Position numbers and translations under genes: made by a program. A DNA stretch of 64,000 nt from Octopus vulgaris (taxonomy: Eukaryota). Below are positions 1-26,875 of the stretch, in pieces. How positions within the stretch are numbered: position 1 is the first letter of the stretch; every line of letters begins with the position of its first letter. The notes beneath the pieces were generated by a model. The model had not been told where the DNA came from. It worked only from the letters and a program-made list of their open reading frames with translations, and did no database searches. The stretch spans positions 73,098,001-73,162,000 of the forward strand of contig OX597814.1 in assembly GCA_951406725.2 (NCBI GenBank), given 5' to 3'.

Positions 1-9162
<9,162 letters not shown>

Positions 9163-9407
9163 CTCTTTTACTCTTTTACTCTGTTTATATACATATATAT
9201 ATGTACATTTATACCCTATACTAAGTCCAGTTTGCCGTGGCTGATATATAGAGAGAGTTTGTAGCTGCTGCCCTTATATACCTTCGTACCTTGCAGTGGG
9301 TTCATCTGGGATCCCGGAAAGCAGCTTGTCTAGATGTTTTTTAAAATGTCCACATCCGCATATATGTAGATCTCTTAGTTTTCTTGGCAGTTTTTTGCTA
9401 TATATAC

Positions 9408-9438
<31 letters not shown>

Positions 9439-10362
9439 CATGGATGTGGAAGAACCATATATGGCACCACACAGTGATCCTGTACATATGATATATATAC
9501 AATATCCAAAATTTGGTGCTAGTCATCAGGATTTTCCATATGTATATCACTGCATATCTCTCTCGTCTTCGTTCCAAGGAGTACAAATTGAGTTCCCTAA
9601 GCCTCTCCCAATAGTTCTTTTCTTTCATGGTGGAAATACCTCTTGGTGAAATGTCTTTGGATTGTCTCAAGCTCTGTGGTTAGTTATGACACTATGCGGT
9701 GACCACAGTTGGGAGCAGTATCCACATTAGGACAAATGTCCTCCATAGTGTCAACATATCTCGCAGTCTCTTGTCCGGAATGTCCTCAGGATAGCCAGTA
9801 TATCTGCACATATATCGCCACCTTCGCGATGTGTGAAGAAAAATGCATCGTCACTCATGTCTATCCCCAGGTCCGTATATGATTTCGATACTGGGATTTC
9901 GATACATCCTGGACCAGTATAGTTGTTGTATATATACATATATATATACAGCTTGATATATAGTATAGGCTTGAAATATATCAGCATTATAATATGCATG
10001 TTGTTGTCTTCAGCCCATTTGTATATGTGCATCCAGATCTTGTTGTATATATAGGTCAGCATCAGCTGGGTTGATTGCCTGTGCTACCTTTGTGTCATCA
10101 GCATAGCTAGTGAGGGATGTTGTTTGTGCTACCGGGCATGTCAGAGAGCGCCACCAAAAACAGCAAGAGGTCCAATACTGTGCCTGTGGCACCCCGCTTG
10201 CATTGGTGTCTTTCCCGAAGGGCTCCATTGGCTGCAACCATCTGGCTTCTGTCCTTGTCATGTATCCACTCACCTACTTTTCCTGTTATGCCGAGTCTGA
10301 GTAATTTGTGACATATCACTCCGTGGTCGACTTTGTCAAAGGCCTTCGCAAATAGAGATATA
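9163..10362 (-). mobile_element. Family A LINE 3' segment, heavily corrupted (TA insertions and deletions)
   Basis: Reverse complement of ~260-1512, starting with the CTCTTTTA tail, but with many TATA runs replacing LINE sequence. Probably poor consensus quality. Confidence 0.85.
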
Positions 10363-13287
10363 TGTCCACATCCGCATCATGTAGATCTCTTAGTTGTTTC
10401 TTGGCAGTTTGTTGAAAAGCTGAGGGCCCCTGAACCCCAGGCTATTACAGTATCTGCTCCTTACCCTGGATGTGGAAGACGGGACCTTTGGCACCACACA
10501 GTGACGTCCTGTACGGGGATTGGAACAGCTCTCAATTCCAAAATTTGGTGCTAGTCCCTCCAGGATTTTCCATATGTATATCACTGCATATCTCTCTCGT
10601 CTTCGTTCCAAGGAGTACAAATTGAGTTCCCTAAGCCTCTCCCAATAGTTCTTTTCTTTCATGGTGGAAATCCTCTTGGTGAAATGTCTTTGGATTGTCT
10701 CAAGCTCTGTGGTTAGTTTGACACTATGCGGTGACCACAGTTGGGAGCAGTAGTCCAGGCGGCTTAGGACAAATGTCCTCCATAGTGTCAACATGGTCTC
10801 GCAGTCTCTTGTCCGGAATGTCCTCAGGATCCAGCCAGTGAGTCGTCTGCACATTGTCGCCACCTTCGCGATGTGTGAAGAAAAAGATGCATCGTCACTC
10901 ATGTCTATCCCCAGGTCCCGTATTGATTTCGATACTGGGATTTCGATCCCTCCTGGACCAGTATAGTTGTGTTGTAATGTATATGTGTTTACAGCTTGAT
11001 ATTGTAAGGCTTGAAATTTACCAGCATTAAATTGCATGTTGTTGTCTTCAGCCCATTTGTATATGGCATCCAGATCTTGTTGTAAAAGGTCAGCATCAGC
11101 TGGGTTTTTGATTGCCTGTGCTACCTTTGTGTCATCAGCATAGCTAGTGAGGGATGTTGTTTGTGCTACCAAGGGCATGTCAGAGAGCGCCACCAAAAAC
11201 AGCAAGGGTCCCAAGACTGTGCCCTGTGGCACCCCGCTTGCTATTGGTGTCTTTCCCGAAGGGCCTCCATTGGCTGCAACCATCTGGCTTCTGTCCTTCA
11301 GGAAGTCATGTATCCACTCACCTACTTTTCCTGTTATGCCGAGTCTGAGTAATTTGTGACATATCACTCCGTGGTCGACTTTGTCAAAGGCCTTCGCAAA
11401 GTCGAGATATACCACATCCACCTGTGAGCGATCCAGTAGTTGTTTCAGTACCCAGTCGTAGTGTTGTGCTGCGTAAGGCAGCTTCTTCCTGGGCGAAACA
11501 TGCTGTGTGTCAGTGAGACGGTTAGTTTCTTCGAGGAACGTGATCAGTTTTTTTCTGATGATTCTTGACCTTACTTATGTGTGACGAGGGAGAGCCTGTA
11601 GTTTTTGGCCTCTGCTCTACTCCCTCCTTTGTGGATAGGGCATATGGTGCCTTCTTTTAGCGCCCTGGGCAGTTTACCGTTAGCCAAGGAACCACTGAAG
11701 AGCTTCCTCAGTGGTCCCGCTAGGAGCATGCCTGCATGTTTTTAGGAGGACTGCTGGGAATCCATCTGGTCCAGCAGCTGGTTTATTCTCATTTCTTCTA
11801 TGGCAGATATTACATCCCTCTCTGTTATGTCTATGTGGTCGATGGTTGTTGTTTGGTTTCGCAGTGTTGTGGCATCAAAGAAGGCTTCTGGGTTTGTTGA
11901 TTTGCATGTGCCCCAGAGGGGATGTGAACACACTTTTATACTGTTCCTTTAGTATTTCACTTATCCCTTGGGGGTCCTCAGTTAAGAGCCCTTTTTATCA
12001 AAGAGTTCTTGCAGTGTACCGAGGTGGCGCAAATTTAAAGAAGGCTTTAGGGTTTGTTTTAATATTCTCTATGGCCCTGGCTTCTCTCTCTGCCCTCTCC
12101 TTCTCATAGGAAAGTTTGAGTGCAGTTTCCGTTTCAAAAAGTTTCAGGTGGAGTCCCTCATTGTTTCTCTGCCGTGCATTCAGTTGCTTCGAGAGCTTAG
12201 CTCTTCGCCTCATAAGTATTTTCCTGTCTCTGGGAATAACGTTCCTATGCCCGCTGGCTTTTTCTCCGGGACAAACTTATGGCATATGTTCTGTATTGTT
12301 GTCATGAAATGTTGGAAATGTGTGTTGGTGTCTTGTGTGGTGATGAAGTCACTCCAGTCATGTTTTCGGATCTCTTCGTTGATCTTCTTCCAGTTTGCCT
12401 TATGGAAGTTTAGACTGGATAGGCCTGTGGTATTTTCTAATGGCTGCGTCTCAACTAACTCTCTCATACCATATATCATTACCTCTACTAAGTTGTGATC
12501 TGAGAGAATTGTTGGTGTTACCATTATGTTGTGGATGAGCATCGGGTTGCTTGTGAAACAGAGGTCCAAGACATTCTCACCTCTTGTTGGCCAAAGCACT
12601 GCTTGCTCCATGAAAAACTTGCGTGTGAGAGCCAACAAGGACTCTGTCTGTCTCTGTTCAAGTGATGTCATTCCAAGGAGATGGCCATCTGGCCATTTGA
12701 CTTTCGGAAGGTTAAAATCTCCCAGCAGTAGAATGGTGTTACCCTGGTCCAGTTTGTCCAGGACTTCTTCTATTCTTCTGAGGCTATCTTCAAACACTCC
12801 TTCATGACTAGGGGTGTCTGGTGGCCGATATGTGACACATATTACTATTTTCGGTTGTTTCATGTGTACTATCAGTGTGTCACAGACTGAGTTTGAGTGT
12901 GTCAACAGTACTATGGGTGTGACATCTTCACGGACGTACAGGGCAACCCCACCATGAGTTCTTTCCTTCCTGTCCGACCGAAAAAAAACGACATACTTCG
13001 GTATGTGTATCTCTGCATCTGCTATACTTCTTGACAGGTGCGTTTCAGTCAGCGCTATGCATATTGCATGGTTGCTTGTGCTTAAGTCCCTAAGGTAAGG
13101 AATTTTACTCATATTAGTGGGTTTCACCAGACCTCTGACATTCAGCAGAAGCACTGGTGAGATATTTGGGGTGTCAATAAAGGCTGTCGGTGTGGCACCT
13201 GGGCTGGTGTCAGCGGTGGCCACCCTGGGTCCCTTGATTGTGGTGGTCTTGAGTGCTGTTGTGAGTGCCCCTGGCTCTGAAGACGAT
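10363..13287 (-). mobile_element. Family A LINE copy (APE endonuclease + RT, frameshifted), 5' end in TA array
   Basis: ORF 12210-13223 has APE motifs (LLNVRGL, IALTETHL, GGVALYV, LLGDFN, LDLCF, SDHNLV); ORF 10390-11421 is RT. Near-identical to copy 1. Confidence 0.93.
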
Positions 13288-13293
13288 TATATA

Positions 13294-13327
<34 letters not shown>

Positions 13328-13764
13328 CATATATATACATACATATATATACATATACATACATACACATACATATACATACATACACATACATATACAT
13401 ACATACACATACATATACATACATACACATACATACATATACATACATACATACATACATATACATACATACATACATACATATACATACATACATACAT
13501 ACATATATATACATACATACATACATATATACATACATACATACATATATATACATACATACATACATATATACATACATACATACATACATATATATAT
13601 ATGCATACATACATACATATATATACATACTTACATACATATATATATATACAAACATACATATATATATACACGCATACATACATACATACATACATAT
13701 ATACATATACATACATATATACATATACATACATATACATACATACATATATATATACATATAC

Positions 13765-13795
<31 letters not shown>

Positions 13796-13839
13796 CATTT
13801 GTATATATATATATATACATATATATATATACATATACA

Positions 13840-13917
<78 letters not shown>

Positions 13918-13930
13918 CATATATATATAC

Positions 13931-13961
<31 letters not shown>

Positions 13962-13964
13962 CAC

Positions 13965-13997
<33 letters not shown>

Positions 13998-13999
13998 CT

Positions 14000-14033
<34 letters not shown>

Positions 14034-14038
14034 CATAC

Positions 14039-14069
<31 letters not shown>

Positions 14070-14070
14070 C

Positions 14071-14155
<85 letters not shown>

Positions 14156-14156
14156 C

Positions 14157-14245
<89 letters not shown>

Positions 14246-14246
14246 C
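13288..14246. repeat. (TA)n/(TACA)n microsatellite
   Basis: Visible directly. Confidence 0.95.
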
Positions 14247-14721
14247 CCCACTTTGATACTTTGATGAGTTTACGACCATTATTGGCCCAGGCCATGTCTA
14301 ACTTAATAGCACCACCTGGTGAAGTCTTTCAAGTCAGAATTTGGGCACTATGGCCCAATCAAGTAGAAGTTATTATTTACAGAGACATATCGGGTGTAGG
14401 GGGTTTATCCGGGATTTCTTGAAGGAATCTGTCAAAGACTTCTTGAACCTATAGGGTCAGTTTCTGTTTTTAATGTGTTTTGGTGTAATGTTAAAGAGCG
14501 GGGCCAATTGAGGTGAAATAATTGTGCCGTATTGTTGTTATGAGATGAGAGTGCGATTTTTGTTTTGGGCGGACACCGGGGCCAAGCCTTGGATGTACCT
14601 TAAAGGTGATGCCAACATCATTTGGGCAATGCTAATGGAATATTATCCACATCATGCAGATGATGTAGCGCTCACTGACGACGTTGGAGAGAATAGAGTT
14701 TAGCTTTTCTAGTCGACCCCA
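14247..14721 (-). mobile_element. 5'-truncated CR1/L2-group LINE 3' fragment, family C
   Basis: Minus strand encodes degenerate KLYSLQRR and [13 protein letters not shown]. It ends GGTGGTGC..CATGGCC..hairpin..AAAC plus (ATCAAAGT)2, and is flanked by (TA)n on both sides. Confidence 0.8.
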
Positions 14722-16165
<1,444 letters not shown>

Positions 16166-16166
16166 A

Positions 16167-18903
16167 AATAGTAATATGTGTCATATCGGCCCTCTGGGGC
16201 ACCAGACACCCCTAGTCATGAAGGAGTGTTTGAAGATAGCCTCAGAAGAATAGAAGAAGTCCTGGACAAACTGGACCAGGGTAACACCATTCTACTGCTG
16301 GGAGATTTTAACCTTCCGAAAGTCAAATGGCCAGATGGCCATCTCCTCCCTGGAATGACATCACTTGAACAGAGACAGACAGAGTCCTTGTTGGCTCTCA
16401 CACGCAAGCTTTTTCATGGAGCAAGCAGTGCTTTGGCCACCAAGAGGTGAGAATGTCTTGGACCTCTGTTTCACAAGCAACCCGATGCTCATCCACAACA
16501 TAATGGTAACACCAACAATTCTCTCAGATCACAACTTAGTAGAGGTAATGATATATGGTATGAGAGAGTTAGTTGAGACACAGCCATTAGAAAATACCAC
16601 AGGCCTATCCAGTCTAAACTTCCATAAGGCAAACTGGAAGAAGATCAACGAAGAGATCCGAAAACATGACTGGAGTGACTTCATCACCACACAAGACACC
16701 AACACACATTTCCAACATTTCATGACAACAATACAGAACATATGCCATAAGTTTGTCCCAGGAGAAAAAAGCTGCCAGTGCAGGAACGTTATTCCCAGAG
16801 ACAGGAAAATACTTATGAGGCGAAGAGCTAAGCTCTCGAGAAGCAACTGAATGCACGGCAGAGAAACAATGAGGGACTCCACCTGAAACTTTTTGAAACG
16901 GAAACTGCACTCAAACTTTCCTATGAGAAGGAGAGGGCAGAGAGAGAAGCCAGGGCCATAGAGAATATTAAAACAAACCCTAAAGCCTTCTTTAAATTTG
17001 CGAAAGAAACCACCTCGGTACACTGCAAGATTGGCCCACTCTTTGATAAAAAGGGCTCTCTAACTGAGGACCCCCAAGGGATAAGTGAAATACTAAAGGA
17101 ACAGTATAAAAGTGTGTTCACATCCCCTCTGGGGCACATGCAAATCACAAACCCAGAAGTTTTCTTTGATGCCACAACACTCCAAAACCAAACAGCAACC
17201 ATCGACCACATAGACATAACAGAGAGGGATGTAATATCTGCCATAGAAGAAATGAGAATAAACTCAGCTGCTGGACCAGATGGATTCCCAGCAGTCCTCC
17301 TAAAGACATGCAGGCATGCCCTAGCGGGACCACTGAAGAAGCTCTTCAGTGGTTCCTTGGCTAACGGTAAACTGCCCAGGGCGCTAAAAGAAGGCACCAT
17401 ATGCCCTATCCACAAAGGAGGGAGTAGAGCAGAGGCCAAAAACTACAGGCCAGTCTCCCCTGACGTCACACATAAGTAAGGTCATGGAACGAATCATCAG
17501 AAAAAAACTGATCACGTTCCTCGAAGAAACTAACCGTCTCACTGACACACAGCATGGCTTTCGCCCAGGAAGAAGCTGCCTTACGCAGCTGTTACAACAC
17601 TACGACTGGGTACTGAAACAACTACTGGATCGCTCACAGGTGGATGTGGTATATCTCGACTTTGCGAAGGCCTTTGACAAAGTCGACCACGGAGTGATAT
17701 GTCACAAATTACTCAGACTCGGCATAACAGGAAAAGTAGGTGAGTGGATACATGACTTCCTGAAGGACAGAAGCCAGATGGTTGCAGCCAATGGAGCCCT
17801 CTCGGGAAAGACACCAATAGCAAGCGGGGTGCCACAGGGCACAGTCTTGGGACTCTTGCTGTTTTTGGTGGCGCTCTCTGACATGCCCTTGGTAGCACAA
17901 ACAACATCCCTCACTAGCTATGCTGATGACACAAAGGTAGCACAGGCAATCAAAAACCCAGCTGATGCTGACCTTTTACAACAAGATCTGGATGCCATAT
18001 ACAAATGGGCTGAAGACAACAACATGCAATTTAATGCTGATAAATTTCAAGCCTTACAATATCAAGCTGTAAACACATATACATTACAACACAACTATAC
18101 TGGTCCAGGAGGGATCGAAATCCCAGTATCGAAATCAATACGGGACCTGGGGATAGACATGAGTGACGATGCATCTTTTTCTTCACACATCGCGAAGGTG
18201 GCGACAATGTGCAGACGACTCACTGGCTGGATCCCTGAGGACATTCCGGACAAGAGACTGCGAGACCATGTTGACACTATGGAGGACATTTGTCCTAAGC
18301 CGCCTGGACTACTGCTCCCAACTGTAGTCACCGCATAGTGTCAAACTAACCACAGAGCTTGAGACAATCCAAAGACATTTCACCAAGAGGATTTCCACCA
18401 TGAAAGAAAAGAACTATTGGGAGAGGCTTAGGGAACTCAATTTGTACTCCTTGGAACGAAGACGAGAGAGATATGCAGTGATATACATATGGAAAATCCT
18501 GGAGGGACTAGCACCAAATTTTGGAATTGAGAGCTGTTCCAATCCCCGTACAGGACGCCACTGTGTGGTGCCAAAGGTCCCGTCTTCCACATCCAGGGTA
18601 AGGAGCAGATACTGTAATAGCCTGGGGTTCAGGGGCCCTCAGCTTTTCAACAAACTGCCAAGAAAACTAAGAGATCTACATGATGCGGATGTGGACATTT
18701 TCAAAAAACATCTAGACAAGCTGCTTTCCGGGATCCCAGATGAACCCACTGCAAGGTACGAAGGTAACCTAAGGGCAGCAGCTACAAACTCTCTCTTAGA
18801 TCAGTGGCCAGCCACGGCAAACTGGACTTAGAGAGGGTAGCAACAAGGGCGGTGCCCCAGCTGGCCTCAGCCGGATGGCTGAAACAAGTAAAAGAGTAAA
18901 AAG
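16167..18903 (+). mobile_element. Family A LINE copy, 5'-truncated within APE, several frameshifts
   Basis: ORFs 16178-16450, 16365-16850, 17114-17479, 17484-18338 and 18400-18831 are near-identical to the other copies. The tail runs into (TA)n at 18904. Confidence 0.95.
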
Positions 18904-19232
<329 letters not shown>

Positions 19233-19918
19233 CGTGAAACTATTAAAACTGAAACATAGTTGCGAAAAAATATTTCAAGAGATTTTGTTTTCACTTATTC
19301 AAAATGATTATAATACTGAAATATATATATGCGGATAAATACTGCATTAATAACCAGACGGATGGGACGGTTAGATTTGCTGTTCCGATGTTGCACTGCT
19401 GGTAAGTATAGGCTGCTGTAAAATGCTGAATGTTTGGTTTGTGACTCACAAGGTTATATTATGCCCATACATACACACATAAAGTCAGACAATACACACA
19501 TTCTGTTTATATTTATATATATATATATTTATATATCCTATATATATATATATATATATTTATATATGTGTATATATATATATATATATACATATGTCCA
19601 TGAGCATATGTGTGGAGTGTCGTATACGATTACATATCTTGTCATTCTAAGCTGAGACACTGCATATTTAAACCCAAAGTCACGCACTGCTTGTAAATGT
19701 GTTAGCGAAGTGTATCTTTTTTTTTAAAGTCATTAAAGGGTATGAGATGAGAAAGGTGCAGTTATTTCCACAGGATAAGTGATGGCATTAGTGTCCCTCG
19801 TGTATAACTATACAGTGTGTGTGTGAGGCATTGGAAAATGTCAATACCATATGCAACATTCCGATATATATATATATATATATACTTATCAAATATATAG
19901 GTCCACCTAGCTCATATT

Positions 19919-22469
<2,551 letters not shown>

Positions 22470-23074
22470 TTGTTTTCAATAATAGAAATATAACCTTGTA
22501 TCCATATAACCTTGTTCAAAGGTTATATGGATACAGTTTGTGTATCAAATAGCTAACTTAAGGCGATGGCCTCATGGAGCTAATAAGCGGTCAGCTTTAT
22601 TCTTATTTTTATAAGAATGCCATATTAGTATGGCGATAACTAATATTTTCCGGGAACGCTGCTGTTGTTCTCTTTTAGAGAGACTTAGTAATTTTAATAT
22701 TTCTATTATTGAAAACAAGTGGATGTATTCCACCGAAGCTAGGTAAATTAAACCTTTGAACAGAGATTGTCGGAAGCGACACCTACTGGTTTGGCTACGC
22801 TGCATTGAAAAGGGGCAATACCCCGAAACGCGTCTGTAGCTGCCGGCCAAGTAGTGTGGAGCGACTGACCTCCCTTGTTCAAAGGTTATATGGATACAGT
22901 TTGCGTATCAAATAGCTAACTTAAGGCGATGGCCTCATGGAGCTAATAAGCGGTCAGCTTTATTCTTATTTTTATAAGAATGCCATATTAGTATGGCGAT
23001 AACTAATAATTTCCGGGAACGCTGCCGTTGTTCTCTTTTAGAGAGACTTAGTAATTTTGATATTTCTATTATCG
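22470..23074 (+). mobile_element. Non-autonomous hammerhead-containing retroelement (retrozyme-like): 363-nt unit, ~1.55 tandem copies with short inverted 5' segments
   Basis: 22510-22709 is repeated at 22873-23072 (4 substitutions counted). 22470-22491 is the reverse complement of 22697-22718, and 22497-22513 is the reverse complement of 22519-22535. No meaningful ORF; flanked by (TA)n. Confidence 0.8.
22799..22840 (+). ncRNA. Type I hammerhead ribozyme, U3-A8 core variant
   Basis: Stem I GCUGCA/UGUAGC; core UUGAAAA; stem II GGGG-CAAUA-CCCC; GAAA; short palindromic stem III ACGCGU; GUC cleavage triplet ending at 22834. Stem I can extend through UUGGC/GCCAA and CUAC/GUAG. Confidence 0.88.
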
Positions 23075-23097
23075 TATATATATATATATATATATAC

Positions 23098-23181
<84 letters not shown>

Positions 23182-23246
23182 GTATGTATATATATATATA
23201 TATATATATACGTATATATATGTATATATATATATACGTATATATG

Positions 23247-23345
<99 letters not shown>

Positions 23346-23378
23346 GTATATATATATGTATATATATGTATATATATG

Positions 23379-23420
<42 letters not shown>

Positions 23421-23599
23421 TATATACGTATATATATGTATATATATATATATACGTATATATATGTATATATATATATATACGTATATATATATGTGTA
23501 TATATATACGTATATATATGTGTATATATATATACGTATATATATGTATATATATACGTATATATATGTATATATATATATGTATATATATATATATAC

Positions 23600-23671
<72 letters not shown>

Positions 23672-23690
23672 GTATATATATGTATATATA
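23075..23690. repeat. (TA)n microsatellite with TG/CG interruptions
   Basis: Visible directly. Confidence 0.93.
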
Positions 23691-23874
23691 TATGTATGTA
23701 TAAAGCCTCTATACTGTTATCCCTGACCACGAAGGACTGCAGGCCCTTCGACACTTTCTTGACCTCCGCTCTAACCCTGTACCTGACACCTCCACACTCA
23801 TTCGTCTGGCCGAACTTGTCCTTACTCTGAACTGCTTCTCGTTCGCGGGCTAGTTCTACCATCAGGTCTCGGGT

Positions 23875-25030
23875 GTGGCCATGGGAACGCGAATGGGCCC
23901 CAACTATGCGAACCTGTTCGTTGGCTATGTTGAGGCCCAAATATTCTCTAATTTCACTGGTCCCACTCCTGAACTATATGGTCGTTACATTGACGACATT
24001 ATCGGTGCCACCTCACTCTCCCGCGAACATCTAGATTCCTTCCTCTCTTTCGTCCAATCTTTCCATCCAGCCCTCCACTTCACTTCCACTATCTCCAACA
24101 CCTCTGTCTCCTTCCTCGACATTTCGGTTAGCATTCTTCACTCCACTCTTACCACCTCCATTCACTACAAACACACAGACTCACACTCATACCTCAACTT
24201 CTCTTCCTCCCACCCAGAACACACCAAGCTTTCCATCCCCTATTCCCAATTCCTCCGTCTACGTAGGCTCTGTAGTGACGACCATGACTTTGAGACTCAG
24301 TCTCAACGTATGGCTCACCACTTCACCCTACGTGGATACCCCCTCACCACTATCCACACCGCCCTTGCCAGAGCACGGTCCGTGGACCGTGTATCTGCTC
24401 TCTCTCCCCGAACCCGCCCTGTAGTCTCCCGCCTCCCTTTTCCCCTCACTTACCACCCCACGACCCTACGTCTCCAACGCACCATTCTTCGAGCTTTCCG
24501 TCATCTCCAGTCCGACCCGTCCACTTCACACCTCTTCCCTAACCGACCCCTCCCCTCTTTCAAACGAGCCCACAACCTTCGAGACCTTTTGGTCCATAGC
24601 TCCTTCCCTGACCCTACCTCCCAACCCGGCTCGTTCCCCTGCTCCCGCCCACGTTGCCGCACTTGCCCTTACCTCTCCAACACCACCCGCCTCACTAGCA
24701 CCCACCATCGACCCTATCCCATCATCCACTCCTTCACCTGCACCTCCAGCAATATTATCTATTGCATCTCTTGCTCTCTCTGCAATTCCTTGTACATCGG
24801 ACAAACGGGACGCCGCTTGGCTGACCGGTTCGCGGAACACCTTCGTGACATCCACCTTGCGAACGACACACCGGTCTCACGCCATTTCCGCTCCACCGGT
24901 CACTCCTTGCAACACCTATCTGTGTTCGGTTTGTCCTTACACAGAGGCCATCCGGATTCCCGTTTGCGCCGTGAACAGGAATTAATCTTCTCTCTTCGCT
25001 CTTATACGCCATTTGGTCTCAACTCTCCCC
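23875..25030 (+). pseudogene. Penelope-like RT (C-terminal part) + GIY-YIG endonuclease reading frame
   Basis: ORF 23875-25392. Homology ends at FGLN (~25023); the remainder reads through a low-complexity C/T tract. Confidence 0.85.
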
Positions 25031-25369
25031 CCTCCTCATCTAACCCCCCTCTCCCCCTCCTCACCTATCCTTTCCCCCCGACCCCTACTTCTTCAGTCCT
25101 TCATCCTTTCACCCCTACTCCCCTTCCCTTCTTCCCTCTTTCTCCCTCCCTCTTCCCCTTCCCTCTGCTCCCTCACTCCCTCTCTCCCCCTCTCCCTCTT
25201 TCCTCCTTCATCCCCCTCCTCTCCCCTCCTCTCCTCTTCCCCCTCTCCTCCCCCTCTTCTTCTCCTCCCCCTCTTCTTTCCCTCCCCCTTCTCCCCCCTC
25301 TTCTCCCCCTCCCCCTCTTCTCCTCACTACACCACATGACTTTACACATCACATCACATATGATGTGCC

Positions 25370-25710
25370 ATACTAATACACACACCAAATAATACATACT
25401 AATACGTACTAATACATACTAGTACATACTAATACATACACCAACCCTATACATACACACGTCCAGACCCCGCATACGCACTTATACTCACTCATACACA
25501 CACACACACACTTATACATACCAATACGTACTAATACATACTAATACATACTAATACATACACCAACCCCATACATACGCACGTCCAGACCAATCCTACG
25601 CACTAATACTCTCTCATACACACACACACACACACACACACCCTTATACATACTAATACATACACCAACCCTATACATACACACATCCAGACCCCTCCTA
25701 CGCACTATTA
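25370..25710 (+). repeat. Imperfect ~115-120 bp tandem repeat (about 3 copies) in the PLE 3' region
   Basis: CTAATACATACACCAACCC..CCAGACC..TACGCACT recurs near 25430, 25550 and 25655. Confidence 0.7.
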
Positions 25711-25877
25711 GCTGGTCCCTCAACCCTTTTATCAACCCTATTATCTCCCCTTATTTCGCTCTCGCGTCTCATGTTTGATCTTTGACCTCTGGCCGAAATC
25801 AGATCGCCATGTTGATTCGTTAGCTACTGCACGCATTTTTTTCTCTCCTTCTTTCTGTGTTTTTCTCTCTCTGTGTA

Positions 25878-25915
25878 TCTTTCTGTTGAAGAGCGTAGGC
25901 TCGAAACGTTAAAGA
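25878..25915 (+). ncRNA. Minimal (dimer-type) hammerhead-like motif in the PLE terminal repeat
   Basis: Stem I UCUUU/AAAGA, core CUGUUGA(A) with A6 replaced by U, stem II GAGC-GUAG-GCUC, then GAAAC-GUU containing palindromic AACGUU, the layout of Penelope minimal hammerheads. Confidence 0.7.
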
Positions 25916-26012
25916 CTTGTTTTATTCATATTTCCTGAGCGCCATACTAATACAATTGTTCGTTTGTTTTCCACCTGCCTTCGTCTTTTGTTTATTTTCA
26001 TAAAGCTTCCCG

Positions 26013-26875
<863 letters not shown>

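Larger units (their letters stand above)
23691..26013 (+). mobile_element. Penelope-like element (Neptune-type), 5'-truncated, with 3' terminal region carrying a hammerhead-like motif
   Basis: SLYTVIP (RT motif A, ~23704), an in-frame TAG at ~23850, then [21 protein letters not shown], the Cys-rich linker CSRPRCRTC and GIY-YIG NIIYCISCSLCNSLYIGQTGR..RFAEH..E..GLN. Followed by a C/T-rich tract, local repeats and a terminal region ending in (TA)n. Confidence 0.9.

Noticed and set aside
23850-23852. In-frame stop in the PLE RT as possible recoding
   Set aside because: It is TAG at a non-cysteine position in a truncated copy; a simple nonsense change or sequence error is more likely.
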